From assembly GCA_963663805.2 (NCBI GenBank), contig CAXXMR010000013.1, forward strand, positions 288,001-352,000: a stretch of 64,000 nucleotides of DNA, read 5' to 3'. Below, piece by piece: positions 47,076 to 57,181 of this stretch. The notes under the pieces were generated by a model. It did no database searches, had not been told where the DNA came from, and saw nothing but the letters and a program-made list of their open reading frames with translations. The DNA is from Sedimentisphaerales bacterium (lineage in GTDB: Bacteria > Planctomycetota > Phycisphaerae > Sedimentisphaerales > SM23-30). The translations under genes and the position numbers were made by a program. The stretch's first letter is position 1. Each line of letters starts with the position of its first letter.

Positions 47076-48523
47076 CAATCCTGTTCGGCACATTTATTGC
47101 TTTAGGCTTTTGGCCTCCTGTATTTTTTTAAAAAAAACCCGAAATGTTAAGATAGGTAATTTGCGCTCGAGGGATATTTATGCTCTAATAGGAGGCATGA
47201 GTGCTAAGCGTCAGAAAATCAAGGAGCGGGACCTGCGTGGGTTCAAGTATTTCAAGTCCCTCTCGGCTCTGCTGAAAGGTCTTCACTCGGCGGGATGTGA
47301 GCGGGACCGGGCCGGCAATCGCACATTATTCATGGACCAGTATGTCAGTCTGCTGCTGTTATACATGTTCAATCCGATCTGCAGTTCCATCCGGTCTTTG
47401 CAGCAGGCCGGCGAGCTCAAAAAGGTACAGCGGCTGTTGGGTTGTTCGCGTGCTTCGCTGGGTTCGCTTTCGGAAGCATCCCGGGTTTTTGAGAGTTCTT
47501 TGTTAGAGCCGATAATCGCTCAACTCACTGAGCAGTTAGGGCCGATATCTCAGGACAAAAAACTGGAAGTCGGTCAGGTCATTACCCTGGTGGACGGCAA
47601 CAGTATTCAGGCTTTGCAAAAACTCACTCAGGCTGCCTGGGACACCGACAAACCCGGAATTAAAGCACACACTCAGTTTGATCTGGAAAAATATGTGCCT
47701 CTGAAAATAAATATCAGTGAAGACAAGTCTGATGAGCGAAAGGTTTTTTTAGAGAATCTTCAGCCCGGCCGGATTTATGTCAATGATCGCGGATATGCCT
47801 GTTTTAAGCTGTTTCAGGCCATTGTGGATAGTAAAAGCTCTTTTGTCTGTCGGCTGCGTGAGGATACGGTTTACGAAACTATTCAGGAAAAACCTTTAAC
47901 TGAAGATGCTCGAAAAGCGGGGATAATTTTTGATCGTACGGTAATCGCCGGCAGCAGTGAAAAACTGCGGGAAGATTTCAAACAACCGTTACGCCTGATA
48001 GCGGTTGAATGTCAACCGCATTTGAAACGGGGCCAGGGACCACGTCAGAGTGAGATGATTTTGATTGCCACCGACCGGCTGGACCTGGACGCCGAAGTCA
48101 TTGCCCTGCTCTATCAGAAACGCTGGGCCATCGAAATATTTTTCCGCTTTTTTAAGCATGTGCTGGGCTGCCGACATCTGCTAAGCCTCTGCGAAAACGG
48201 TATCGAACTACAGATGTACGCCGCGATTATCGCCTGTATGCTGATCAGCCTGTGGACGGGCAAAAAACCAACTTTAAGAACCTACGAAATGCTCTGCTGG
48301 CACCTCTGCGGCATGGCCGACGAGCAAGAAATGCAGAACCATATCAATAAACTCCAAAGCCAAAACTAAGGCCGATCCTCAAAAAAATCGCCGCTGCCGC
48401 TGATGCTGCGCCAAAATAACCAGTGCCGACAGTCCCACTGAGGGATAATCCCCGCTAAATCATATGAACTGCAAAGACCACAGAAAAACTGTATTTGAGC
48501 AATAAATGTGCCGAACAGGATTG
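47076..48523 (+). mobile_element. IS4-family insertion sequence (1448 bp)
   Basis: Perfect 26-bp IRs CAATCCTGTTCGGCACATTTATTGCT; 9-bp TSD AAAAAATCG at 47067-47075 and 48524-48532. Confidence 0.93.
47197..48369 (+). CDS. IS4-family DDE transposase
   Basis: VDG, DRGY, Y..RW.IE.FFR; GGAGG RBS before the ATG at 47197. Confidence 0.93.
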   Translation: MSAKRQKIKERDLRGFKYFKSLSALLKGLHSAGCERDRAGNRTLFMDQYVSLLLLYMFNPICSSIRSLQQAGELKKVQRLLGCSRASLGSLSEASRVFESSLLEPIIAQLTEQLGPISQDKKLEVGQVITLVDGNSIQALQKLTQAAWDTDKPGIKAHTQFDLEKYVPLKINISEDKSDERKVFLENLQPGRIYVNDRGYACFKLFQAIVDSKSSFVCRLREDTVYETIQEKPLTEDARKAGIIFDRTVIAGSSEKLREDFKQPLRLIAVECQPHLKRGQGPRQSEMILIATDRLDLDAEVIALLYQKRWAIEIFFRFFKHVLGCRHLLSLCENGIELQMYAAIIACMLISLWTGKKPTLRTYEMLCWHLCGMADEQEMQNHINKLQSQN

Positions 48524-48671
48524 AAAAAATCGTCAAAAACCCGTCACTTCAGGCCGAAACGCGCTGGAAAATTGGCCAAATTTACCCCCCCCCCCTAGGC
48601 GCATAAAAATGGACAGGCCCATCACCTGCCCATTTTGAAAGGAAAGATTCTGACACTGACCACAGAAATCC

Positions 48672-48959
48672 CTATTCCCCGAAGTTTTCCTCTATAAACT
48701 TATCGATAGCCTCTGGTAACTTGCTGTCTAGCTCATAGTTACCGCTGGCGAGGGCTTCTCGGATTTGTTCGACCTTTTCGCTTCTGATTTCCGGCATCGA
48801 AGCTATCTGGCTCAGATAACGCCCCACGCTGGAGATCTCCACCTGGTCGCCCTGTAGAGTGGTTTCTTTGGCTTGCTGAGGCGTCTGTGACGCCCGCGGA
48901 CCCTGCGAACCAATTGCGTTGGGTCCGCTGTATCCTTGAATTCCTCTGATGTTGTTCAT
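48672..48959 (-). CDS. flgM: Anti-sigma28 factor FlgM
   Basis: DQVEIS...IRSEKVEQIREALASGNY. Confidence 0.85.
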   Translation of the reverse strand: MNNIRGIQGYSGPNAIGSQGPRASQTPQQAKETTLQGDQVEISSVGRYLSQIASMPEIRSEKVEQIREALASGNYELDSKLPEAIDKFIEENFGE

Positions 48960-49431
48960 GATTTTTGTCCTTGTCTATTCTGCGTTGACAATTAACCTAA
49001 AATCCGTCGACCGACCTTTCGGCCACAATATGTTGGGTTGGAACCGGGTGTTACTGCTGTTCCTTCCACTGAATTTATCGACGACAGACCGAAAGAAACT
49101 TGAGAAAATCGGGAAGGTGGGGGATGGCGGGGAAAGGGGGATAATAATGTTGTTATCGGGTCTTAAAAACAGTTATAGGTCGTTAAAATACAGGCAGTTA
49201 GGATATTTGGACCCTTGAATTTTACCTATTTTGACTACTTGTTCTATCTTCTTGTGTGATAAGGACCTATAACTGTGTACACAATATGTAGGTGGTCAAA
49301 AAAATTGTTTTTTTTGGGAAAAAAAGTTAAAAATTTGCGTTTTTAATAAGTTTTTGGGCAATAGTTGCATGAGACCGGGCCCCAATCTATAATCAGACGG
49401 GTTTTTAGTCTGTCAGGAATGGAACTACTAT

Positions 49432-50433
49432 ATGAGCAAGCGTGATTATTACGAAGTCCTCGGTGTTTCTCGAAATGCCGCAATTGAGGAAATTAAAAAG
49501 GCTTACCGCAAGTTAGCCCGGAAATATCATCCTGACGTAGCGGGCAAAGACGCCAAGACGGATGCCCGGTTCAAAGAGGTCAAAGAAGCCTATGAGATAT
49601 TGAAAGATGCCGAAAAACGTAAACTATACGACCAGTTCGGCCATGCGGGGGTAGATATGGGGGCTCAGGGGGCCGCGGGCGGGCCCTGGGCAGGCCATGG
49701 CGGTGGGGGGCAGAATGTCCATGTCAATTTCCGTAACGGCGGTGGGGGCGGATTTAGCGGGCAGGGATTTGATTTTTCGGATATTTTCGGCGGCGGCAGT
49801 GGTGCTGGTTTTGAGGATATTTTCGGCAGGATGGGGGCCCAGCAGGCCAGCAGACGCACCAGACAGCGGCCGGTGCCAAAGGGTGAGGATATCGAGCATA
49901 AGGTTCAGATTACCTTTATTGAGGCTGTTAAGGGCGGGTCGAGGGATATTGTCTCGACCGTTACCGATTCAGCGGGTCAGCGGCGGCAGGAGCGGATTTC
50001 CTTCAAAATCCCCGCCGGGGTTGATTCCGGCAGTAAAATCCGTCTCCGCGGCAAAGGCCAGCCCGGCCCGGGCGGGAATAACGGTGATTTGATTATCGTA
50101 TTTGATGTCCTGCCGCATGAGTTTTTCGAGCGGGAGGGTAATAATATTGTTCTGGAACTGCCGCTGACGGTGACCGAAGCCGCTTTGGGGACAAAGGTGG
50201 AAGTGCCGACCCTTGATTCCGGTAAGACCACCGTTACCATCCCGCCGGCCAGCAGCGGCGGTAGAAAGCTGCGTCTCAAAGGTAAAGGAATCGTTCCCCC
50301 CAAGGGCATTAATCCCGGCGATATGATTCTGCGGCTGAAAATCGTCCTGCCGGAAAAAATGGATGAAGAATCGAAAAAACTGCTGGAAGAATTCGCAAAG
50401 AAAAATCCTCAGTCTGATTTGAGGAAGTTTTGA
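49432..50433 (+). CDS. DnaJ-class chaperone without Zn finger (CbpA-like)
   Basis: J-domain HPD, G/F region, C-terminal domain. Confidence 0.92.
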   Translation: MSKRDYYEVLGVSRNAAIEEIKKAYRKLARKYHPDVAGKDAKTDARFKEVKEAYEILKDAEKRKLYDQFGHAGVDMGAQGAAGGPWAGHGGGGQNVHVNFRNGGGGGFSGQGFDFSDIFGGGSGAGFEDIFGRMGAQQASRRTRQRPVPKGEDIEHKVQITFIEAVKGGSRDIVSTVTDSAGQRRQERISFKIPAGVDSGSKIRLRGKGQPGPGGNNGDLIIVFDVLPHEFFEREGNNIVLELPLTVTEAALGTKVEVPTLDSGKTTVTIPPASSGGRKLRLKGKGIVPPKGINPGDMILRLKIVLPEKMDEESKKLLEEFAKKNPQSDLRKF

Positions 50434-50491
50434 CTTCGGAACAGGATAGAATAAAAGGCTACAAGTTTGCAAGTATAAGAAAAGTTGAGAT

Positions 50492-50734
50492 ATGGACGAG
50501 ATGCAAAGAATCAAGGGCAAGGTTCGCATTGGGGGCATAGTGTCTATACTGATGATATTGTGTTTTATTGCGATTGTGGGGTTTGGGTTTTATGCATGGG
50601 ATTTTTGGCCACACAAAATTATTGTGTTGATGGTGTTAGTGGTGGGATTAGAGGCGGGGTTTTGTTTGGGGTATTACATATATTTCAAACGGCGATTGGA
50701 TTTGGAGTTGAAAGCTTTGGTTGACCATAATTGA
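50492..50734 (+). CDS. Small membrane protein
   Basis: Two TM helices. Confidence 0.5.
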   Translation: MDEMQRIKGKVRIGGIVSILMILCFIAIVGFGFYAWDFWPHKIIVLMVLVVGLEAGFCLGYYIYFKRRLDLELKALVDHN

Positions 50735-50914
50735 ACATTGTAACAGTGTCGCTTTCTGACATGTTCGGTTTTGATGGGGTGATGGCAGGTATCATTTGGT
50801 TGCTTACGCAACTCAGTTTTTATTCATTTTTTGTTGGCCAGTTGGCTGGGGTGGTTCGACTAATATAGCAGTGACGGAAAGATTATGATAATTGGCTGGT
50901 GCAGGAGATGACAT

Positions 50915-51460
50915 TTGAGTCAGACAGGGCGGCTGGTCCGACGGGCGCAGGGGGGTGACCGTGAGGCGGCATCTGAGCTGCTGGGCCTGACATATCAGGA
51001 TACTTACCGGTATCTGCGGCGGATTTGCGGCAGCGTCTCTGAGGCGGAGGACCTGACGCAGGAAGTGTATGTCCGTTTATGGCAGAGTCTGGGGCGATAT
51101 GAAAGTCGCTGTGCGTTTACGACTTGGGTGCACGCGATTGCTTATAATGTTTATGTGGATTGGCGGCGCAAGAAGCGGCCGGTGAGCGGGGTGGATGAGG
51201 CGTGGGGGCAGGCGATGGCGTCTGACGCGGCTGGGCCGGAAGTGATTTGCCATAAGAAAGGGCGAGCTGAGCTGGTGTACCAAGCGGTTGAAGGGTTGGG
51301 CGAGCCGGACCGTCAGATTATACATCTGCATTATTATCAGAAGCTGAGTTTGCGTGAGGCGGCTTTTGTGTTGGACATGCCTTTGAGTACATTGAAGTAT
51401 CGTTTGCGAGGTTCGCTGGATAAGTTGCGAGTTCATCTGAAAGGGCTGGACGATGCATAA
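50915..51460 (+). CDS. ECF sigma factor
   Basis: AEDLTQEVY, FTTWVHAIA.N, region-4 HTH. Confidence 0.9.
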   Translation: MSQTGRLVRRAQGGDREAASELLGLTYQDTYRYLRRICGSVSEAEDLTQEVYVRLWQSLGRYESRCAFTTWVHAIAYNVYVDWRRKKRPVSGVDEAWGQAMASDAAGPEVICHKKGRAELVYQAVEGLGEPDRQIIHLHYYQKLSLREAAFVLDMPLSTLKYRLRGSLDKLRVHLKGLDDA

Positions 51461-52253
51461 AAAAGAGTTGGAAGATATTCTGAATGGGGCATCTCGGCCA
51501 GCGGTTCCGGAAGGGCTGCGTCAGCGGCTGGAAGCTCAATTAGATAATGGTTATGAACAGAATTTGCGGTTGTCTGACCCGGTGCTGCGGCAGGGTAGAT
51601 TAGCACATTACCGGGGCAAATGGGTGGCAGCGGCGGTGCTGGTGCTGGGATGTTTTCTGGCTTATGCCTGGCTGCCGAGCGATAGTGTGCGAGGGGTCGC
51701 CTGGGCGGATGTCGCCAGCCGGGTGGAGCAGATAACGTACCTGCATTTTTATGCTTTGGAAGTTCGTGACGGTCGGGGCGAGGATGTTTCGCAGGGCTGG
51801 TTTAGTAATGGTATGCTGGTTTGGCAGGAAAGCAGCGGGCTGACTTCTTACGATGATGGGCGGGAGAAGATCGCTGTCGATAGTAAAGGTAATATTGTGA
51901 AGCGTTGGCCGTCTGATATTGGCAATCCGGCGGGAATCGTTAGCGGGGCGACGGTGTTCGATAAGCTGGCCCAGGCGTTGTTTGATTACAAGGCCGAGGA
52001 GATTGCCCGGAAGATACCAGAGACGATAGGTGATGATTTTCTGGTTTATCGTTTTGGTAAACCCGACACGCTGGATTTTGATGTTAAGGGCATTTCGTTT
52101 ACGGTGGGGCGGGCATCGCGTCTGCCGGTTCAGATGAAGATTTATATTACTGATGATGAATTGAATTACAATATGTATATTTTTGACTACGAAGGTCCGG
52201 CCATGCCGGCGGAGTTTTACCGGATACCGGATAGTGTGAAGTTAGAACGTTAG
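51453..52253 (+). CDS. Putative transmembrane anti-sigma factor
   Basis: Overlaps the ECF gene; single TM followed by AWADV motif. Confidence 0.65.
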   Translation: MHKKELEDILNGASRPAVPEGLRQRLEAQLDNGYEQNLRLSDPVLRQGRLAHYRGKWVAAAVLVLGCFLAYAWLPSDSVRGVAWADVASRVEQITYLHFYALEVRDGRGEDVSQGWFSNGMLVWQESSGLTSYDDGREKIAVDSKGNIVKRWPSDIGNPAGIVSGATVFDKLAQALFDYKAEEIARKIPETIGDDFLVYRFGKPDTLDFDVKGISFTVGRASRLPVQMKIYITDDELNYNMYIFDYEGPAMPAEFYRIPDSVKLER

Positions 52254-52313
52254 CTTCGGGATGACGGCAGTGGGGACTAATACAAATTTCGGTTTGAGCC
52301 GAAGGAGGCATCT

Positions 52314-53087
52314 ATGCGCAGGGACAGTCTGTCTGAAGAAAAAGGTTTCACGCTGATAGAGCTGCTGGTGGTGGTTGCGATTATCTCGCTGCTGGTTTCG
52401 ATTTTGCTGCCGGCGTTGGGTCGGGTTAAGGAGCAGGCGTGTCGGGCGCGATGTATGTCGAATGAGCATCAGTGCATTATGGCATGTCTGATGTATGCCG
52501 GCGAGAGTGACGACTGGCTGCCGATGGGGAATATTGGCCGGCGGGAGGACCATCCGGAATACTGGACGGAGACGACGTTTCAGGGATGTGTGGCGATGGC
52601 CAAGCGATACAATCTTTCTGAGGAAGTGGCGATTTGCGGTTCGTGGGGTTTGAAACAGGAAGAATTTTTTCGCAAGCCGGAAGTTGACGACGAAGGCTAT
52701 GACTTGACAGGCACGACTATGGGTTTTGTATATTACGGGCGGCGTTATGATGTCCCTGATATGCTGATGAGTCCGGTTATGGCAGACGGTACGACTTATC
52801 GTTCGCCGCGTCGCACTTCGGATGGACCGGGCCAATACACCTCGGCGACGCTGATGACCTGTTTTCACTGGGATGGTATCAGCAGCGGTGCCGGCTGGGG
52901 CGCCAAGATGCCGCATAAGAAAAACGGGGCTGGTTATATCCCCGGCGGCGGCAGCGATGTGCTTGAACCTCACCCGGAAGGCTTGGCGGTCGGTTTTCTG
53001 GATGCTTCAGCCCGCTGGGTGGAATGGGACAAACTCAAATGGTTCGAGCAGCGTGGTTCGATACGAACGTACTATTGTCCCGATTGA
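52314..53087 (+). CDS. Prepilin-type N-methylation domain protein
   Basis: GFTLIELLVVVAIISLLVSILLPAL...C.SN; C-terminal FLDASA. Confidence 0.88.
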   Translation: MRRDSLSEEKGFTLIELLVVVAIISLLVSILLPALGRVKEQACRARCMSNEHQCIMACLMYAGESDDWLPMGNIGRREDHPEYWTETTFQGCVAMAKRYNLSEEVAICGSWGLKQEEFFRKPEVDDEGYDLTGTTMGFVYYGRRYDVPDMLMSPVMADGTTYRSPRRTSDGPGQYTSATLMTCFHWDGISSGAGWGAKMPHKKNGAGYIPGGGSDVLEPHPEGLAVGFLDASARWVEWDKLKWFEQRGSIRTYYCPD

Positions 53088-55234
53088 GAGTTGTTGGTAA
53101 TTATCGCGCCGCTCAGCCCGCAAATTTCATCAGGATTGCTGATGAGCTCATCGTGAATTTCGCTGGATTTGCAAATTACGATGAACATGGTTTGCCGGGT
53201 GCCGATTTGGCTTAAAGCGGGTTTGAATATTATCGTGCGTTCCCTGAAGTCCGGATTTATTCGGTTGCTTAGCTCCGGGATAGTTCGGGTATTATCGATT
53301 TGAATCAGCAGAACTCCGTCGGGGCTGAGCAGTCGGAAAAGCTCATGTAAACTCAGTGGCTTTTCGTCCTGAACGATATATGATTCCGGTTGATACCAGA
53401 TAACGTCATAAAAGTTTCCCTGGCTGGAAGTGCCAAGTTTCGCCGGTGTAATAAAGCGGACGCTGCTTTGGCCTGTCGGTAATACGCTGAGCAGTTTTTG
53501 CCGGGCTAGAATTCTCATCAGGTGTGGTTCGAGAATGTAGTCGATGGATTCTTGCGACGGCGGTCTGATTAGCGGCCAGGCGTTTTCATTGATGCCCAGG
53601 AGTAGAATTCGGCCTTTTTGGTCCGCGGTTCTGATTCGCTCGGTCCAGAGCGAGTTACGCAGTACGCAGGAGCGGACGGTTTCGATATTGCTTTGATACA
53701 GACATCTAAGATGACAGGTTCCCAGCCCGTTCATTTCCGCCAGCGGGCCCAGTGCCCAGCTGCCTCTTGAAGTCTCGCAGAGCATTACGCCACTGAGGTT
53801 AGGATTCTGGAGCCAGTTTTTACTGAGAGAGGGAATCACCAGCACGCTGGCCAGAAACAGCATTACCACGGCGGCAAGCCCGATACTTTGGGCCCGCAGG
53901 CCGGAATGTTCACGACATACCATCGTCAATCCGCCGGTGAGAATCGCCAATAATACCAAAATGCTAAGGGCCGCCAGTGAACCGTATCCTGGCAGAAGCG
54001 CGACTGTCCCTATTATCCAGCCCAGGGCCACGCCGATTAGAATGCGACCCAGCCAGCGTGAGAAGCCCAGTGATTTGCTGACCGATGACTCCTGAATGAG
54101 CGGTTTGCCCAGACGCAAAGCGGCCCCGGAAATAGCGAAGACGAGCAGAAACAACAGCCAGATAAGCGTTGTTAAGGTTTGTTTGCCGGGTGTGATTTGC
54201 CAGGCGAAATTAAAAGTGCCCAACGCCACCAGCATGAGTGCCGCCCAGCATAAATGCAAGCCCGCCAGAAAGGCCAGGCGACGACGGGCGGTATCAGCGA
54301 CATCTTCACCGCAGAATTTTCCGGCTAAATAAATGCCGACAGTTATCACGATCAAACTCAGAGCGTCAAACAATTCCAGAACGCCGGACGTTTTAGTGAT
54401 TAGTTCGAGCAGATGCCGCAGCAGAGGCAAGGCCGCGCCTGCCAAAAGGCTGGTTGTCAAAACGAGCAGCGTGCCGGGCCATTTCGACGAGGCGATCGAA
54501 CTGAGTTGAGCGGTGCTGACCGGGCTGGTTATAAATCCTCTTTGTTTTCGGTAAGTCGTGCCGCCCACCATAATCAGCATCGCAAATACCGCGATAAGCT
54601 GCGAGATCCATACCTGGGCAGCAGCGGTAAAATAATGGTCCAGCAGATTATTCCAGAGAGCGTACCCCAAAGCGAAACCCGCCGCGAGCCACATCGGTAA
54701 ACTGCGTTCATATTGCAGGTTGGCATGGTCTTTCAGGTCGATTGTTAAAGTAAGGCGATAGAGCACCGCGAGCATCACACCACCCAGAAAAGCCGCCGGC
54801 CCGGTCATTATCGCCAGGATAAATATTTTTATTATGTCGCGAGCCGGGGCGTTGAACAGAAAACTCTGGTCCAGCCATTGATAGAGCGAACTCCATAGAT
54901 TGGTTGCCAACGCGAAAGCGGTTGTCGCCGCGGCGAGCAGCAGTATCATGCCGGCCATTACCATCGTCGCGTGATGGGGGTCGGGCCGGCTGAGCGGGCT
55001 GTAACTGTCCCGTAAATCGGTAAGAAATTTCACCAGCCATTGAGGCGACATCAAACCCAAAAACGCGGCGATAAAAATGATTGGATAGAAACAAAACTGA
55101 ATATCCGGGCCCAGAATCTGCTTGCTCAGCTGGAGAAATCCGCAGAAACTCCCCGCCGCACAGAATGACACCGTAAAACCAGTGCCAAATGCACGATAGA
55201 AATACTTCCCGGGTTTTAGTACTAACGCCGGCAT
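53072..55234 (-). CDS. Multi-TM membrane protein, possibly a degenerate membrane/spermidine-synthase-like fusion
   Basis: Many TM helices, PAAFLGG, C-terminal YDVI...LLSPDGVL. Confidence 0.55.
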   Translation of the reverse strand: MPALVLKPGKYFYRAFGTGFTVSFCAAGSFCGFLQLSKQILGPDIQFCFYPIIFIAAFLGLMSPQWLVKFLTDLRDSYSPLSRPDPHHATMVMAGMILLLAAATTAFALATNLWSSLYQWLDQSFLFNAPARDIIKIFILAIMTGPAAFLGGVMLAVLYRLTLTIDLKDHANLQYERSLPMWLAAGFALGYALWNNLLDHYFTAAAQVWISQLIAVFAMLIMVGGTTYRKQRGFITSPVSTAQLSSIASSKWPGTLLVLTTSLLAGAALPLLRHLLELITKTSGVLELFDALSLIVITVGIYLAGKFCGEDVADTARRRLAFLAGLHLCWAALMLVALGTFNFAWQITPGKQTLTTLIWLLFLLVFAISGAALRLGKPLIQESSVSKSLGFSRWLGRILIGVALGWIIGTVALLPGYGSLAALSILVLLAILTGGLTMVCREHSGLRAQSIGLAAVVMLFLASVLVIPSLSKNWLQNPNLSGVMLCETSRGSWALGPLAEMNGLGTCHLRCLYQSNIETVRSCVLRNSLWTERIRTADQKGRILLLGINENAWPLIRPPSQESIDYILEPHLMRILARQKLLSVLPTGQSSVRFITPAKLGTSSQGNFYDVIWYQPESYIVQDEKPLSLHELFRLLSPDGVLLIQIDNTRTIPELSNRINPDFRERTIIFKPALSQIGTRQTMFIVICKSSEIHDELISNPDEICGLSGAIITNNSQSGQ

Positions 55235-55284
55235 AATAAGCCCTCGCGTTCCCGGTTAACATTCCACAAGCCCTGTTCCCACGG

Positions 55285-56280
55285 CTACTCCGTGGCGGGC
55301 TTAACCTCCACGGTAGTTGTCGCCGGTTCAAAAATCCGAATCGGCCCATTGTCAAGCCGCAGCAGCAGTCCCTTTACCGGGTCAATATCAATAAAACGAC
55401 CGGTAAAATTCTGCCCATTGCTAATCAGAGTGGTACGCTTGCCAATGTCGCCGCACCGTTGCAGCCAATTCGCATGAAGCGACGCATTACCGTCCCGCTC
55501 AAGCTCGGTAAGATTTTTGTCAAGACTGCGCAGCAGCTCTCGAGCAAGTTCGGTACGGTCAACGTCTTTCTGAAGATGGCATTTGAGCGAAGTTGCTGCA
55601 TCATGAATTTCAGCCGGAAAATCTTCACTGTTCTGTTGACAATTAATGCCGATGCCGATGACATAACTATGTTGTTCCGCGGCCCGTGATTCGACCAGGA
55701 TACCGGCGAGCTTTTTACCGTTCAGGATAAGGTCGTTGGGCCATTTGATTTTAATGTTGGTCTGGCAGATATTGTCGATTGCCCCGGCTGCGGCAACCGC
55801 GGCAAGATAAGTAAGCTCTGTGCCCCTGAGCTGTCCCATATTTTTCAGCAGGACCGACATCAGCACGCTTTGGCCATATTCGCCGGCCCAACTGCGTCCC
55901 AGCCGCCCACGTCCACGCCTCTGGCACTCCGCGAAAACCGCCAGACCATCCGAATTCGGCTCACAAAGATATTGCCAGGCAACGTCATTGGTACTGTCGG
56001 TCTGGTCGTAAAGAAGTATACGCCTGCCGACCCTTTGGGTATTGAGACCGATTTCCAGCAGGTCCACATTGAGCGGTGTGTTTGCCTCGATTATCCTCAA
56101 GCCGTAGCCCGCCGCCGCCTCGATTCTATATCCCAGTTCCCGCAAATGTTCTGCCATGTCCAGCAGCTCAGAATTGGAACCCGCGAGTATATTACGCAAG
56201 GCGGGCATTCCCAGCCAGCGGCCCTTCTCATGCCGCAGGATTTCCAGCAGTTGAACACTTTTTGTGGTTATGTTGGGCAA
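55285..56280 (-). CDS. birA: Biotin-[acetyl-CoA carboxylase] ligase
   Basis: DSTN, GRGRLGRSW, KWPND, KLAGILVE. Confidence 0.95.
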   Translation of the reverse strand: MPNITTKSVQLLEILRHEKGRWLGMPALRNILAGSNSELLDMAEHLRELGYRIEAAAGYGLRIIEANTPLNVDLLEIGLNTQRVGRRILLYDQTDSTNDVAWQYLCEPNSDGLAVFAECQRRGRGRLGRSWAGEYGQSVLMSVLLKNMGQLRGTELTYLAAVAAAGAIDNICQTNIKIKWPNDLILNGKKLAGILVESRAAEQHSYVIGIGINCQQNSEDFPAEIHDAATSLKCHLQKDVDRTELARELLRSLDKNLTELERDGNASLHANWLQRCGDIGKRTTLISNGQNFTGRFIDIDPVKGLLLRLDNGPIRIFEPATTTVEVKPATE

Positions 56281-56290
56281 GGCCTTTCCT

Positions 56291-57166
56291 TCAGATTAAA
56301 TCTAAGCCAATGTCAAGGCTGGCGATTTGATGCGTCAGGGCCCCGATGGAAATCCGGTCAACGCCGGTCCGGGCGATCTCGCGGACATTTTCGAGCCGGA
56401 CATTGCCCGACGCTTCCAGCAGCACCGTTCGACCGGCACAGATACCGTCACGCATCTGAACCGCCCGCCGCATGGTTTCACAATTCATATTATCAAGTAG
56501 AATAATATCAATACCAGGGACGCTCATGGCAACCTCAAGCTGTTCGAGAGTGTCAACTTCGACCTGGATAAATTCCAGCGGCACAGCTTCACGTTTCAAT
56601 CGTTTCAGAACCTCCAGCAGTCCCTGCCTGAGATTATCACATTCCAGAGCCGCCAGATGATTGTCTTTAATCAGAACCGCGTCCCAAAGTCCCTGCCGAT
56701 GATTCATGCCGCCGCCGCAGCGTACCGCGTGCTTTTCGAGGTCACGCCAGCCGGGAGTGGTCTTGCGAGTGTCGCATATTTTCGCTTTTGTATCATGCAC
56801 CTCTTTGACATAGCGGGCGGTGGTAGTAGCGATGCCGCTGAGTCGCTGAATAAAGTTCAAAACGATACGTTCCGCTGCCAAAATCGAACGTAAAGGCCCG
56901 GAGATAATCCCCAACGTCATGCCCGGCTCAATCACGCTGCCGTCAGATAAATCTTCCGTCAGTTCCAGCCGCTGGTCATAACAGCGCAGCACCTCACGAG
57001 CAACCGTCATGCCGCAAAGCACACCCGGAGCCCGCGATACCAACGCCGCGTGTCCCTGCTTGTTTTCGGGGATGGTTATTTCCGAAGTAATATCACCCCG
57101 ACCGAGGTCTTCGAGCCGGGCCAGTTCTATTAGCGGTTGATATTTTCCTAAATCAAGGTTCTGCAT
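56291..57166 (-). CDS. nadC: Quinolinate phosphoribosyltransferase
   Basis: DTRKTTPG, HR.GL.DAVLIKDNH, LLDN, EASG. Confidence 0.96.
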   Translation of the reverse strand: MQNLDLGKYQPLIELARLEDLGRGDITSEITIPENKQGHAALVSRAPGVLCGMTVAREVLRCYDQRLELTEDLSDGSVIEPGMTLGIISGPLRSILAAERIVLNFIQRLSGIATTTARYVKEVHDTKAKICDTRKTTPGWRDLEKHAVRCGGGMNHRQGLWDAVLIKDNHLAALECDNLRQGLLEVLKRLKREAVPLEFIQVEVDTLEQLEVAMSVPGIDIILLDNMNCETMRRAVQMRDGICAGRTVLLEASGNVRLENVREIARTGVDRISIGALTHQIASLDIGLDLI

Positions 57167-57181
57167 GAAATTTTCCTGGGT

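Noticed and set aside
46768..47196. N-terminal extension of the 533-aa transposase ORF
   Set aside because: Extends outside the left IR; the RBS-supported start is 47197
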